NCBI GenBank assembly: GCA_016871195.1
Contig: VFZN01000003.1
Coordinates: 1,902-65,901, forward strand
Length of the DNA stretch: 64,000 nt
DNA from: Acidobacteriota bacterium
GTDB lineage: Bacteria; Acidobacteriota; Vicinamibacteria; Vicinamibacterales; UBA2999
Direction of reading: 5' to 3'
The position numbers and the translations under genes are program-made. Of this stretch, positions 35,889-44,933 are shown piece after piece. Numbering within the stretch: position 1 is the first letter of the stretch; every line of letters begins with the position of its first letter. The notes beneath the pieces were generated by a model that saw only the letters and a program-made list of their open reading frames with translations, had not been told where the DNA came from and searched no databases.

Positions 35889-37235
35889 CTACCGCGGCCC
35901 ATCTCCGCCAGCAGGACCCACGCCTCGCGTGATTCGCGGCGTGATGAAGATGAGCAGTTCGCGCTGGTCATCACTGCGCTCGTCACGCCGGAATAATCGG
36001 CCCAGCCACGGCATGCGATGCAGCCCCGGTGTGCGTCCGGTGGCCTGCTGCGTCCGTTGGGTCGCAATGCCCCCGATGACCGTCGTATCGCCGTCGGCGA
36101 CGAGCACCGTGGTCACGGCCCGCTGCGTGTCGATGGGGGGAATGCCGTTCACCGAGCGGCTGTAGTCGGGGGCGGCATTTTCGAGGACCACCCGCATGAT
36201 GATGGTGCCCGCCGACGTGATTTGTGGCCGCACGCGCAGAGTGAGCGCGGCGTCCTTGAAGCTGACCGCGATGGAGTTGTTGGCCTGCGTCTGCACGGGA
36301 ATCTGCACGCCCTGCGTGATCTCGGCTTCCACGTTGTTCTGCGTCGACACACGGGGCGTCGACAGCACGCGTCCATCGCCGCGGCGTTCCATGGCGGCAA
36401 TCGCCAAATCGAGGCCAGGAAGGGCGGGCAGAGAACCGATGCGCACCCCAATGGCGCTGGTCGCCGCCTCTGCTCGAAGGGCGACGGCCTCCGGCGGCCC
36501 TGCCGGCGTGGCGGTGGACCCGACACGCCCGGTCACGACGGCCCCGGTCACAGATGTCGTGCCCTCCGCAGCACCGGCCGGTCGGCCGATGCCCCAGGTC
36601 ACCCCCAGCGCCCGGGCCACATCCCGCGTGGTCTGCAGGATACGCGCCTCGATCTCGACCTGCGCCTGGGGCACATCGAGTGTCGCCATCAGCGACTTGG
36701 CGTGGGCCAGGTGCGCGGGCACATCGCGGACAATGAGCGTGTTGGTGCGGGCATCGACCTGGACCTCCCCACGGGGCGACAACGCCCCTTTCGTCAGGAT
36801 GGGCATGACATCGGCCGCGCGCGCATAACTGAGCGTGCGGGTCAGCAATACGCGCTCCCCACTGGCCATGAGCACCTCGGACTCGCGCCCTCGGTCGGCC
36901 GCCTCGGCAAGCAGCCGCTGCTGGCTGGCCACGCGCACCACCAGACCGTCGGGGGTCGCCCGAAGCCGTGCGCTGGTGAGTACCACATCGAATGCCTGTG
37001 CCCAGGGCACATCGGTCAGGCGGATGTCGATCTGTCCGCTAACGTCCGGGTCAATGACGAGATTGAGGCCAGCGACCTCCCCCAGCAGACGCAGAACGGC
37101 ACGCACCTCGGCCTTCTGGAAATCGAGTGACAGCGTCTGGCCCGTGGCCTCACGCGGTATCACGGCCGCAATGGTCAGGAGCACAGCAACTGCCGTGCAC
37201 CGCACGAGCCACCGCGGGATGATGCGGGCGGTCAT
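35889..37235 (-). CDS. pilQ: type IV pilus-type secretin
   Basis: Signal peptide MTARIIPRWLVRCTAVAVLLTIAAV. N0 domain LSLDFQKAEVRAVLRLLGEVAGLNLVIDPDVSGQIDIRLTDVPWAQAFDVVL, an N1 domain, and a secretin C-domain ..TPGLHRMPWLGRLF..ELLIFITPRI. The start at 37235 overlaps the upstream stop (ATGA). Confidence 0.85.
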   Translation of the reverse strand: MTARIIPRWLVRCTAVAVLLTIAAVIPREATGQTLSLDFQKAEVRAVLRLLGEVAGLNLVIDPDVSGQIDIRLTDVPWAQAFDVVLTSARLRATPDGLVVRVASQQRLLAEAADRGRESEVLMASGERVLLTRTLSYARAADVMPILTKGALSPRGEVQVDARTNTLIVRDVPAHLAHAKSLMATLDVPQAQVEIEARILQTTRDVARALGVTWGIGRPAGAAEGTTSVTGAVVTGRVGSTATPAGPPEAVALRAEAATSAIGVRIGSLPALPGLDLAIAAMERRGDGRVLSTPRVSTQNNVEAEITQGVQIPVQTQANNSIAVSFKDAALTLRVRPQITSAGTIIMRVVLENAAPDYSRSVNGIPPIDTQRAVTTVLVADGDTTVIGGIATQRTQQATGRTPGLHRMPWLGRLFRRDERSDDQRELLIFITPRITRGVGPAGGDGPR

Positions 37236-38512
37236 GGCCGCACTCCGCTCGCGGGCTGACGGCGGTCGCCCGACGTCGTGCTGCCGGACTCGCCTGTCTG
37301 ACTCCTGCCGGAACCGGGGTCGGCGGCCGACACGCGCACCCCGTCCCACGAGATGGCCATCACCTCGGCTTCCCCATCGAGGCGGTCGCCCACTCGGACG
37401 ACTCGCGTGGCGCCGTCGGGACACTGTATCGCCGCCCGCCACCCGTCAGCGGCCTGCACGATGCCGTGCACCAGCCACCGCTCGGCAGCCGTCGCCGGGT
37501 GCCTGGATTGAACCGGCCGCCGGGGCTCCTCTGTCACGGGTGACCCCGGACCAAGGTCGCCCGTCCGCCACATTGCCGAGGCAAACGGCGATACCGGTTC
37601 GATGCTGTCCGAGCGGGCGATGTCGGCATCAGGAGCACCGCGCGCGACCGTCAACATGGAGGGCGCAGCGGACCGCGGGGTCCCCACCCGCGGCACCAGG
37701 CGTGCCGTGACCACCAGCGTCTCTCCCAGCGCCTCGGCCTCTGGAACTACGTCACACTCAGACACCTCAGCCCAACCTTCCATGTCCGCGACCATCGCCA
37801 GCAATTGCGCCCACGTCAGCTGCGCGGTGACCGATGCCTCCGGCAGGCGGTCGGACGCCGCGCGCCCCGGCGTGACCGAGGGCGAGTCGACGTCAAGTCG
37901 AGTCACGACGCTCCAGCGTGCCACCCGGTCGAGTCCGCCGAGAAACTCGTCCACCCGCGCCTGCGTCGACATCCCGGCGGCGACCGCGGGGCCGAACGGA
38001 CGGTTCGCGATGGGTCTGCGCCACCGGATGCGTGCCGACACGCCGGGCGCATCTGCGGGTTCCTCATCAAGCGCCACCGTCACCAGGCGCCACGATGGCC
38101 CCGACCGGGTCGTGAACTGGTCTGCCCAAGCCACCAGGGCCTCGCGAGACCGGCCGGCCGCCTGCACTTCCACGGTGTGTTCGGCAATCGTCAGCCGCAG
38201 TATCGCCACCTCTGCACTGGAGACGGGGCCGTCGGCAGCCATGTGCACGAGGATCCTGCCGACGGTGATAGAGGTCGGCCCCTCGCGTGCCGCTGGGGGC
38301 TCCGCTGGGAATGCTGGCGCCCCGTGTGGCACGGGGCCCTCACCGCGCCCCCGCCAGGCATACGCGCCATAGAGCACCAGCGCCACAACCACTCCCCAGC
38401 GTCCCCGTCGCAGGAGCCGCCTCGGCAGCCGAAAGAGCCCCATCCGTGTGCGAATGCGTGCCCCCGGGATGGTCGTCCGGCCCTGATCGTTGCGCTGGTC
38501 AATCACGCTCAC
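37232..38512 (-). CDS. bitopic hypothetical protein with a PilP/GspC-like C-terminal beta-domain (possible fused PilN/O/P-type secretin partner)
   Basis: One TM helix (RWGVVVALVLYGAYAW), two alpha/beta-looking periplasmic segments, and a C-terminus WLVHGIVQAADGWRAAIQCPDGATRVVRVGDRLDGEAEVMAISWDGVRV. It is translationally coupled to pilQ. The start may instead be M24 at 38443. The functional call is inference. Confidence 0.55.
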   Translation of the reverse strand: MSVIDQRNDQGRTTIPGARIRTRMGLFRLPRRLLRRGRWGVVVALVLYGAYAWRGRGEGPVPHGAPAFPAEPPAAREGPTSITVGRILVHMAADGPVSSAEVAILRLTIAEHTVEVQAAGRSREALVAWADQFTTRSGPSWRLVTVALDEEPADAPGVSARIRWRRPIANRPFGPAVAAGMSTQARVDEFLGGLDRVARWSVVTRLDVDSPSVTPGRAASDRLPEASVTAQLTWAQLLAMVADMEGWAEVSECDVVPEAEALGETLVVTARLVPRVGTPRSAAPSMLTVARGAPDADIARSDSIEPVSPFASAMWRTGDLGPGSPVTEEPRRPVQSRHPATAAERWLVHGIVQAADGWRAAIQCPDGATRVVRVGDRLDGEAEVMAISWDGVRVSAADPGSGRSQTGESGSTTSGDRRQPASGVRP

Positions 38513-38681
38513 ACCACGTCCTCTCTAACGCGCATGCGAGCGGGCCGAGCGCGATGCGCTTTACAAAACTGCATTTTTCATGCGACAAAGTCGCCTCTCA
38601 CAGTCGCGGCTCATTCCGCGCCGTTTCCCGTTCTTATCGGTGCACCGGTCCGCCAGGAACAGGCTTACAGCAGGCGTGTGC

Positions 38682-38710
38682 TTGCAATTCTGGGGGGCTC
38701 GTCATAAGCT
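38682..38710 (+). promoter_or_regulatory. possible sigma-70-type promoter TTGCAA-N17-TAAGCT for rplM-rpsI
   Basis: Hexamers at 38682-38687 and 38705-38710, about 57 nt upstream of the rplM ATG. This is pattern match only. Confidence 0.3.
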
Positions 38711-38766
38711 TTTGGTTTGCCGTGCCGCGAGAAAGCGCCGGCAGACGACGTTCAGGACACTGAAAC

Positions 38767-39198
38767 ATGCCGACCTATGTAGCAACCCCCACGAGCGTGA
38801 CCAGCCGCTGGCACGTGATTGACGCCGAGGGCAAGGTCCTCGGTCGCGTGGCCAGCCATGCCGCCCGCCTCCTGCAGGGCAAGCACAAGGCCACCTACAC
38901 CCCGTTCATCGACACGGGCGACCACGTGATCATCGTGAACGCATCGAAGGTCAAGCTAACGGGCAACAAGGAAACCCAGAAAATGTATCGGCGCCACAGC
39001 GGTTACGCCGGCGGCCTGCGCGAGGAACGCGCCGACGTCGTGCGCCAGAAGCAGCCGGTGCGCATGATGGAAGAAGCCGTGCGCGGCATGCTGCCTAAGT
39101 CGAAGCTGGGCGATGCCATGTATCGCAAGGTGAAGGTGTATGCGGGTGCCACGCATCCGCATCAGGCTCAGCAACCCTCTCAGTGCGAGGTCGCGTAA
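38767..39198 (+). CDS. rplM: 50S ribosomal protein L13
   Basis: ..RWHVIDAEGKVLGRVAS.AARLLQGKHK..TP..DTGD.VI.VNA.. is a classic L13 sequence. Confidence 0.95.
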   Translation: MPTYVATPTSVTSRWHVIDAEGKVLGRVASHAARLLQGKHKATYTPFIDTGDHVIIVNASKVKLTGNKETQKMYRRHSGYAGGLREERADVVRQKQPVRMMEEAVRGMLPKSKLGDAMYRKVKVYAGATHPHQAQQPSQCEVA

Positions 39199-39201
39199 AT
39201 C

Positions 39202-39594
39202 TTGGCTGCCACTCAGTTCTACGCCACAGGGCGCCGCAAGGAAGCGACGGCGCGCGTGTTTCTCCGTCCCGGTTCCGGTGCCATCACCATCAACCACCGA
39301 GCCTTCGACAACTACTTCCCCACCGAAGCGGTCCGCGTGCAGGTGCAGGTGCCGCTGGCCCTCACCGAAACGGCCTCGCAGTTCGACGTGGTCGCCACGG
39401 TCTCCGGGGGCGGCGTCACCGGTCAGGCCGGGGCCCTACGCCTGGGCATTGCCCGCGCGCTCTGCGCCTTCAACGCCGAGCTCCGCCCCACGCTCAAGAA
39501 GGATGGCCTCCTCACGCGCGATGCGCGCGCCAAGGAGCGCAAGAAGTATGGCCTGGCAGGCGCACGCAAGCGCTTCCAGTTCAGCAAGCGTTAA
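39202..39594 (+). CDS. rpsI: 30S ribosomal protein S9
   Basis: ..[13 protein letters not shown].. and the C-terminal ..[18 protein letters not shown]. Confidence 0.95.
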   Translation: MAATQFYATGRRKEATARVFLRPGSGAITINHRAFDNYFPTEAVRVQVQVPLALTETASQFDVVATVSGGGVTGQAGALRLGIARALCAFNAELRPTLKKDGLLTRDARAKERKKYGLAGARKRFQFSKR

Positions 39595-39615
39595 CTGTTC
39601 GTAGACGTGACGAAG

Positions 39616-39638
39616 GGGGGCCATGGAAGATGGCCCCT
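39616..39638 (+). other. stem-loop in the rpsI-rpsB spacer (terminator/processing or rpsB leader element)
   Basis: 8-bp stem GGGGCCAT/ATGGCCCC with loop GGAAG, 22 nt after the rpsI stop. Confidence 0.3.
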
Positions 39639-39654
39639 GGAATCTGGAGGAAGC

Positions 39655-40470
39655 TTGACCACGCTCGCGATGAAGGACCTGCTCGAAGCAGGCGCACATT
39701 TCGGCCACCAGACGAAGCGCTGGAATCCCAAGATGAAGCCATTCATCTTCGGAGAGCGCAGCGGCATTTATGTCCTCGACCTCGGGAAGACCGTGGCCCT
39801 CTACAACGAGGCCGAGCGGTATGTCCGTCGACTGGCAGCCGAAGGTAAGTCCATCCTCTTCGTGGGCACCAAGCGCCAGGCGCAGGATGTCGTCGCCGAA
39901 GAAGCCGCGCGCTGCGGCATGTACTTCGTCAACGAACGCTGGCTCGGCGGACTCCTGACCAACTTCACCACCATTCAGCGCAGCATCGCGCGCCTGCGCG
40001 ACCTGGAAGCCATGGCCACCGACGGCCGCTACGATTTCATGCCCAAGAAGGAAATCGCCAAGGCGGAGAAGGAAAAGCGCAAGCTGCAGAAGAATCTTGA
40101 CGGCATTCGTAGCATGGGACGACTGCCCGACGCCCTCTTCGTTGTCGACACCCGCAAGGAACAGATTGCCGTCGACGAGGCCCGCAAGCTCAAGATTCCG
40201 GTGATCGGCATCGTCGACACCAACTGCGACCCCGACCAGGTCGATTTCGTCATCCCCGGCAACGACGACGCCCTGCGGTCAATTCGGCTGTTTGCCGGAC
40301 GTATCGCCGACGCCGTCATTGACGGTCGCGGTGAACACGAATCGGCTATGGCCGAACAGGCGCAGGCCGCAGCAGACGAAGCAGCCGCCCAGGAAGCCAG
40401 CCGCACCGTGCGTCCCGCCAACCTGCGCCGCCCCGAGCGGCCCGCAGAAGCGGTCGCGCCCCAGGCATAG
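39655..40470 (+). CDS. rpsB: 30S ribosomal protein S2
   Basis: ..[22 protein letters not shown].. motif. I favour the in-frame TTG at 39655, with GGAGG 4 nt upstream. ATG 39670 is the alternative. ORF-track start 39607 is unlikely. Confidence 0.9.
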   Translation: MTTLAMKDLLEAGAHFGHQTKRWNPKMKPFIFGERSGIYVLDLGKTVALYNEAERYVRRLAAEGKSILFVGTKRQAQDVVAEEAARCGMYFVNERWLGGLLTNFTTIQRSIARLRDLEAMATDGRYDFMPKKEIAKAEKEKRKLQKNLDGIRSMGRLPDALFVVDTRKEQIAVDEARKLKIPVIGIVDTNCDPDQVDFVIPGNDDALRSIRLFAGRIADAVIDGRGEHESAMAEQAQAAADEAAAQEASRTVRPANLRRPERPAEAVAPQA

Positions 40471-40488
40471 GCAGGGCCGACTCATCGA

Positions 40489-40521
40489 GCGCCGGCCCGC
40501 GACAGGTTCGCTGGCCGGCGC
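40489..40521 (+). terminator. stem-loop/attenuator between rpsB and tsf
   Basis: 9-bp perfect stem GCGCCGGCC/GGCCGGCGC with a 15-nt loop, followed within 20 nt by CGTTTTT. Confidence 0.4.
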
Positions 40522-40557
40522 GTGTTCTGTACAGTCCGTTTTTAGGAGCAACGACCC

Positions 40558-41166
40558 ATGGCAGCAATTACGGCAGAACTGGTGAAACAGCTGCGCGACA
40601 AGACTGGCGCCGGCATGATGGATTGCAAGGGTGCCCTCGCCGAATCTGGCGGCGACATGGAAAAGGCGATCGAGATTCTCCGCAAGAAGGGCCTCGCCTC
40701 GGCCGCCAAGCGCGCCGGACGCGCCACCAATAACGGCATCATCGGCCACTATATCCACATGGGGGGCAAGGTCGGCGTGCTCGTCGAGCTCAACTGCGAA
40801 ACCGACTTCGTGGCCCGCACCGACGACTTCCAGGGCCTCGCCCGCGAGATCGCGATGCACATCGCCGCCGCTGACCCCCGCTACGTACGACGCGAGGAGA
40901 TTCCCGCAGAAGTCCTCGAGAAAGAACGCGAAATCTACCGTGCCCAGTTCGCCGGCTCAGGCAAGCCCGCCAACGTGATCGAGAAGATCGTGGACGGCAA
41001 GCTCGACAGTTTTTACACGCAAGTGTGCCTGTTCGACCAGCCCTCGGTTCGCGACCCCAATGTCACCATCTCGCAAATGGTGTCAGCCGCCACGGCCAAA
41101 ACCGGTGAGAACGTCACCGTCTCGCGCTTCTCGCGCTTCAAGCTCGGCGAACACGCCGGGGCCTGA
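40558..41166 (+). CDS. tsf: elongation factor Ts (short ~200-aa form)
   Basis: [27 protein letters not shown]-like N-terminus. AGGAG lies upstream. Confidence 0.9.
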   Translation: MAAITAELVKQLRDKTGAGMMDCKGALAESGGDMEKAIEILRKKGLASAAKRAGRATNNGIIGHYIHMGGKVGVLVELNCETDFVARTDDFQGLAREIAMHIAAADPRYVRREEIPAEVLEKEREIYRAQFAGSGKPANVIEKIVDGKLDSFYTQVCLFDQPSVRDPNVTISQMVSAATAKTGENVTVSRFSRFKLGEHAGA

Positions 41167-41178
41167 GGCTGCCATGCC

Positions 41179-41211
41179 CCCGCGGTCGCCCCACGCCGGG
41201 GCGGCCGCGGG
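41179..41211 (+). terminator. GC-rich hairpin after tsf
   Basis: 14-bp stem CCCGCGGTCGCCCC/GGGGCGGCCGCGGG (one G-U pair) with loop ACGCC. There is no U-tract. Confidence 0.4.
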
Positions 41212-41225
41212 TCACACGGCTCGAC

Positions 41226-41231
41226 TATAAT
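41226..41231 (+). promoter_or_regulatory. consensus TATAAT box 8 nt upstream of the pyrH GTG start
   Basis: An exact TATAAT with no Shine-Dalgarno between it and GTG 41240. An in-frame TAA at 41228 means 41240 is the first possible start. Confidence 0.3.
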
Positions 41232-41239
41232 CTTGTTTC

Positions 41240-41965
41240 GTGTCCGAGCCCGCCGCTCCCGCCTATTCCCGCATCCTGCTCAAGCTGTCCGGAGAGGCCC
41301 TCATGGGCGATCAGACGTATGGCGTCGATCCGGCAGTCACCACCCGCATCGCACACGAGGTCGCGGCCATTCAGGCCCTCGGCGTACAGACCGCCATCGT
41401 CATCGGCGGCGGCAACATCTTCCGCGGACTGGCGGCCAGCGCGCGAGGCATGGACCGCTCTACAGCCGATTACATGGGCATGCTCGCCACGGTGATTAAC
41501 TCGCTCGCACTCCAGGATGCCCTCGAGCGCAACGGCGTGCCGACCCGCGTGCTCACCGCGATCGAAATGCGGGCGGTCGCCGAACCGTTCATCCGCCGGC
41601 GCGCCATGCGGCATCTCGAGAAAGGGCGAGTCGTCGTGTTCGCCGCTGGCACCGGCAACCCCTACTTCACCACCGACACCGCCGCCGCCCTCCGGGCCAT
41701 GGAAATTCGCGCTGACGTCATTCTGAAGGCCACCAAGGTCGACGGTATCTACTCGGCTGACCCGGTGAAAGACCTGTCGGCACGGCGCTACGAGCGCATT
41801 TCCTACCTTGACGTCCTGCAGCAGCAGCTACAGGTCATGGATACCACCGCGATCTCCCTGTGCATGGACAACGCTCTGCCCATCGTGGTGTTCAACATGA
41901 ATGAGGCGGGCAACATCGGCCGGGTCGTCAAGGGCGAGCCGGTCGGCACTCTGGTCTCAGCCTGA
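41240..41965 (+). CDS. pyrH: UMP kinase
   Basis: [15 protein letters not shown].. and GGGNIFRG motifs. Confidence 0.95.
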   Translation: MSEPAAPAYSRILLKLSGEALMGDQTYGVDPAVTTRIAHEVAAIQALGVQTAIVIGGGNIFRGLAASARGMDRSTADYMGMLATVINSLALQDALERNGVPTRVLTAIEMRAVAEPFIRRRAMRHLEKGRVVVFAAGTGNPYFTTDTAAALRAMEIRADVILKATKVDGIYSADPVKDLSARRYERISYLDVLQQQLQVMDTTAISLCMDNALPIVVFNMNEAGNIGRVVKGEPVGTLVSA

Positions 41966-42009
41966 CCACGACGTCCGGCGGCGGGACTGCATGCGAAGGA
42001 TGATTCGAT

Positions 42010-42579
42010 ATGGACGCACCTGATCTAAAGACCCTGCTCGCAGAGACACGCAAGCGCATGGATGGCCATGTGGAATTCGTGCGGAAGGAAGTCGCCCAGG
42101 TCCGCACCGGCCGAGCGTCGACCGGTCTGCTCGACACCGTCATGGTGGATGCATATGGGTCGAAGCTGCCGCTCAATCAGGTAGCCGGGCTGTCGATTCC
42201 CGAACCGACGATGATTGTGGCCCAGCCCTTCGACGGGTCGCTGATGGGCGCCATTGAGCGCGCCATCCGGGCCGCCGACCTCGGTCTCAATCCGGCGAAC
42301 GACGGCAACGTGGTCCGCATTCCCATCCCATCACTCAACGACGAACGCCGCCGGGAACTGTCGAAGCATGTACACAAGCTGACCGAGGAAAGCCGGAATC
42401 AGGTGCGCACCGCGCGGCGCGACGCCAACGACCGCATCAAGAAGCTGCTCAAGGACAACGCCATCTCCGAAGACGACGAGAAGCGCGCCCTGGCCGACGT
42501 GCAGAAGGCCACCGACGAACACATCCGGACCATCGACGATATTCAACAGAAGAAGGACGCCGAGCTCCTCGGACGCTAG
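42010..42579 (+). CDS. frr: ribosome recycling factor
   Basis: Typical Frr sequence (..LDTVMVDAYGSKLPLNQVAGLSIPEP..LNPANDGNVVRIPIP.L.EERR.EL.K). Confidence 0.95.
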   Translation: MDAPDLKTLLAETRKRMDGHVEFVRKEVAQVRTGRASTGLLDTVMVDAYGSKLPLNQVAGLSIPEPTMIVAQPFDGSLMGAIERAIRAADLGLNPANDGNVVRIPIPSLNDERRRELSKHVHKLTEESRNQVRTARRDANDRIKKLLKDNAISEDDEKRALADVQKATDEHIRTIDDIQQKKDAELLGR

Positions 42580-42583
42580 CGCC

Positions 42584-43759
42584 ATGTATTTTTCCCATCT
42601 TGAGTGCGCCAGCCGTTGCGGCGCCGGCCCCTTCGATCCGCGAGAGCGGCACTTCCTCTGCCCGTCCTGTGGCCTGCCCCTGCTGGCCCGCTACGATCTC
42701 GACCGCGCGCGCGAGTGGACGCGCGAGTCGCTCGTCGGCCGCGTGCCCACGATGTGGCGCTACCGCGAGCTAATGCCCCTACTGCCGGGCGACGAGCCGG
42801 TCACCCTCGGCGAGGGCTTCACGCCGCTCTTCCATACGCGGCGCCTCGGGGCCACGCTGGGCCTGTCACAGCTGCACATCAAGGACGAGTCGCTGAATCC
42901 CACCAACTCGTTCAAGGCGCGCGGACAGTCGGCCGCCATCACGCGTGCGAAGGCTCTGGGGGCCACGACCATCGCACTGCCGACCGCCGGCAATGCCGGC
43001 AATGCGGCCGCCGCCTACTCGGCCGCCGCGGGCCTGGCGTGCCAGGTGTTCATCCCCCGTGATGCAAAGCAGCCGTTCATTGACGAGTGTCGCCTCTACG
43101 GCGCCACTGTGACGCTCGTCGACGGGCTTATCACCGATGCCGGCCGGATGGCCGCCGAGATCGGCAAGCCGCTCGGCTGGTACGACGTGTCGACCCTCAA
43201 GGAGCCCTACCGCGTCGAAGGCAAAAAAACGATGGGCTACGAGCTCGCTGAGCAGCTCGGCTGGCGCCTGCCCGACTGGATCATTTACCCAACGGGCGGC
43301 GGCACCGGCCTGGTCGGCATGTGGAAGGCCTTCGACGAGATGGAAGCCATCGGATGGATTCCGCCGGGGCATCGTCCCCGGATGGTGTCGGTGCAGGCGG
43401 CCGGCTGTGCGCCGATTGTGCGCGCCTTCGAACAAGGCACCGAGAAGGCCGCGCCTTGGGAAAATGCGCACACCAGCGCCGACGGCCTGCGCGTGCCGCG
43501 TGCCATTGGCGATTTCTTGATTCTTGAGGCCGTGCGGAAGAGCGGCGGCACGGCGCTGGCCGTGACCGACGAGCAGATGGCGCGCGACATGCTAGTCATC
43601 GGCAAGCACGAAGGCATCAGCGCCGCACCCGAAGGCGGTGCCGCCTTGGCCGCGATCCGTCAACTGGTCGCCGACGGGCAGATCAAGGCGGATGACACCG
43701 TGGTGCTCTTCAACACCGGCGGTGCGCTCAAGTACCTCGACGTGCTCAAGAACGTCTAG
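42584..43759 (+). CDS. thrC: threonine synthase (short type with N-terminal Cys-rich zinc-ribbon-like segment)
   Basis: PLP-lysine motif NPTNSFKARG and the N-terminal LECASRCG..FLCPSCG segment. It starts 4 nt after the frr stop. Confidence 0.85.
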   Translation: MYFSHLECASRCGAGPFDPRERHFLCPSCGLPLLARYDLDRAREWTRESLVGRVPTMWRYRELMPLLPGDEPVTLGEGFTPLFHTRRLGATLGLSQLHIKDESLNPTNSFKARGQSAAITRAKALGATTIALPTAGNAGNAAAAYSAAAGLACQVFIPRDAKQPFIDECRLYGATVTLVDGLITDAGRMAAEIGKPLGWYDVSTLKEPYRVEGKKTMGYELAEQLGWRLPDWIIYPTGGGTGLVGMWKAFDEMEAIGWIPPGHRPRMVSVQAAGCAPIVRAFEQGTEKAAPWENAHTSADGLRVPRAIGDFLILEAVRKSGGTALAVTDEQMARDMLVIGKHEGISAAPEGGAALAAIRQLVADGQIKADDTVVLFNTGGALKYLDVLKNV

Positions 43760-44841
43760 CGTTCGCCGAACGAAATGCCGATGGCCCGGGCCGTCGTCAG
43801 CAGGTCGTAGTCGAGCGGCACCGTGCGGGTGCGACCGACGACGTCGGCCAGTGGCACGGGCACGATATCGGGAGGATGGTTGGCCACCATCTTTCCGAAG
43901 ACGCCTCGCTGCAGCAGTTCCACGGCCTTCCCGCCCAGCCTCGTCGCCAGCACACGGTCAAACGCCGTCGGTGCGCCGCCCCGCTGCAAGTGCCCCAGCA
44001 CGACCGAACGGGTGTCCTTGCCGGTCTTGACCGCCAGGGCCTCGGCGACCTGGACCCCGATGCCTCCCAGACGTTCGACGTGGCCGGCTTTCGCCGCCTC
44101 CTGCAGGACACGACTGCCGCCGAGAGGCGTGGCACCCTCTGCCACGACCACAATGCTGAACTTGGCACCGAGGGCGTCGCGGTGCGAGATGTGCGCGGCG
44201 GCCGCATCGATGTCGAAGGGAATCTCGGGCATCAGGATAACATCGGCACCGCCAGCGACGCCGGCGTGCAGGGCGATCCATCCGGCATAGCGCCCCATCA
44301 CTTCAACAACCATCACGCGCTTGTGTGCCTCGGCGGTCGTGTGCAGGCGGTCGATGGCATCGGCCGCGAACGACACCGCCGTGTCGAAGCCGAAGCAGGT
44401 CGTGGTGCCGAAGATATCGTTGTCGATGGTCTTCGGCACACCGACGACAGGAATGCCTTTCAGGAAGAATCGATGCGCGATGCCCAGCGTGCCATCACCG
44501 CCAATGGCAACGAGCGCGTCGAGCCGCATCTGGTGGAACGTCTCGACGACACGGTCCGAGTAGTCGACCTTCCCGCCAGCGACCTCCGCCGGGTAGGCAA
44601 ACGGATCGCCGTGGTTTGTCGTGCCGAGAATGGTCCCCCCCAGCCGGATGATCCCGGTGACGTCGCGGGGCGTCAGCGGTCGCGTGCGTGAGGGATCGAG
44701 CAGGCCATCGAAGCTGTCTTCAAGTCCAACGACCTCAAGGCCCGCGTTGCACGCCGACTTGACGACGGCACGGATGACCGCGTTAAGCCCGGGAGCGTCA
44801 CCGCCACCGGTCAGCACCGCAATGCGTTTCACGGCAGACAT
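43756..44841 (-). CDS. pfkA: 6-phosphofructokinase (ATP- or PPi-dependent; not distinguishable by eye)
   Basis: IAVLTGGGDAPGLNAVIRAV, GGDGT and PKTIDND motifs. Confidence 0.9.
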   Translation of the reverse strand: MSAVKRIAVLTGGGDAPGLNAVIRAVVKSACNAGLEVVGLEDSFDGLLDPSRTRPLTPRDVTGIIRLGGTILGTTNHGDPFAYPAEVAGGKVDYSDRVVETFHQMRLDALVAIGGDGTLGIAHRFFLKGIPVVGVPKTIDNDIFGTTTCFGFDTAVSFAADAIDRLHTTAEAHKRVMVVEVMGRYAGWIALHAGVAGGADVILMPEIPFDIDAAAAHISHRDALGAKFSIVVVAEGATPLGGSRVLQEAAKAGHVERLGGIGVQVAEALAVKTGKDTRSVVLGHLQRGGAPTAFDRVLATRLGGKAVELLQRGVFGKMVANHPPDIVPVPLADVVGRTRTVPLDYDLLTTARAIGISFGER

Positions 44842-44933
44842 GACTCGACTATAGCACCCGGTTCATGCGCCTCGGCTCGACCCGACGGGCGTGCTACAGC
44901 GAGGCATTTCTTCGTCGCACTGAGGAAACCTTC

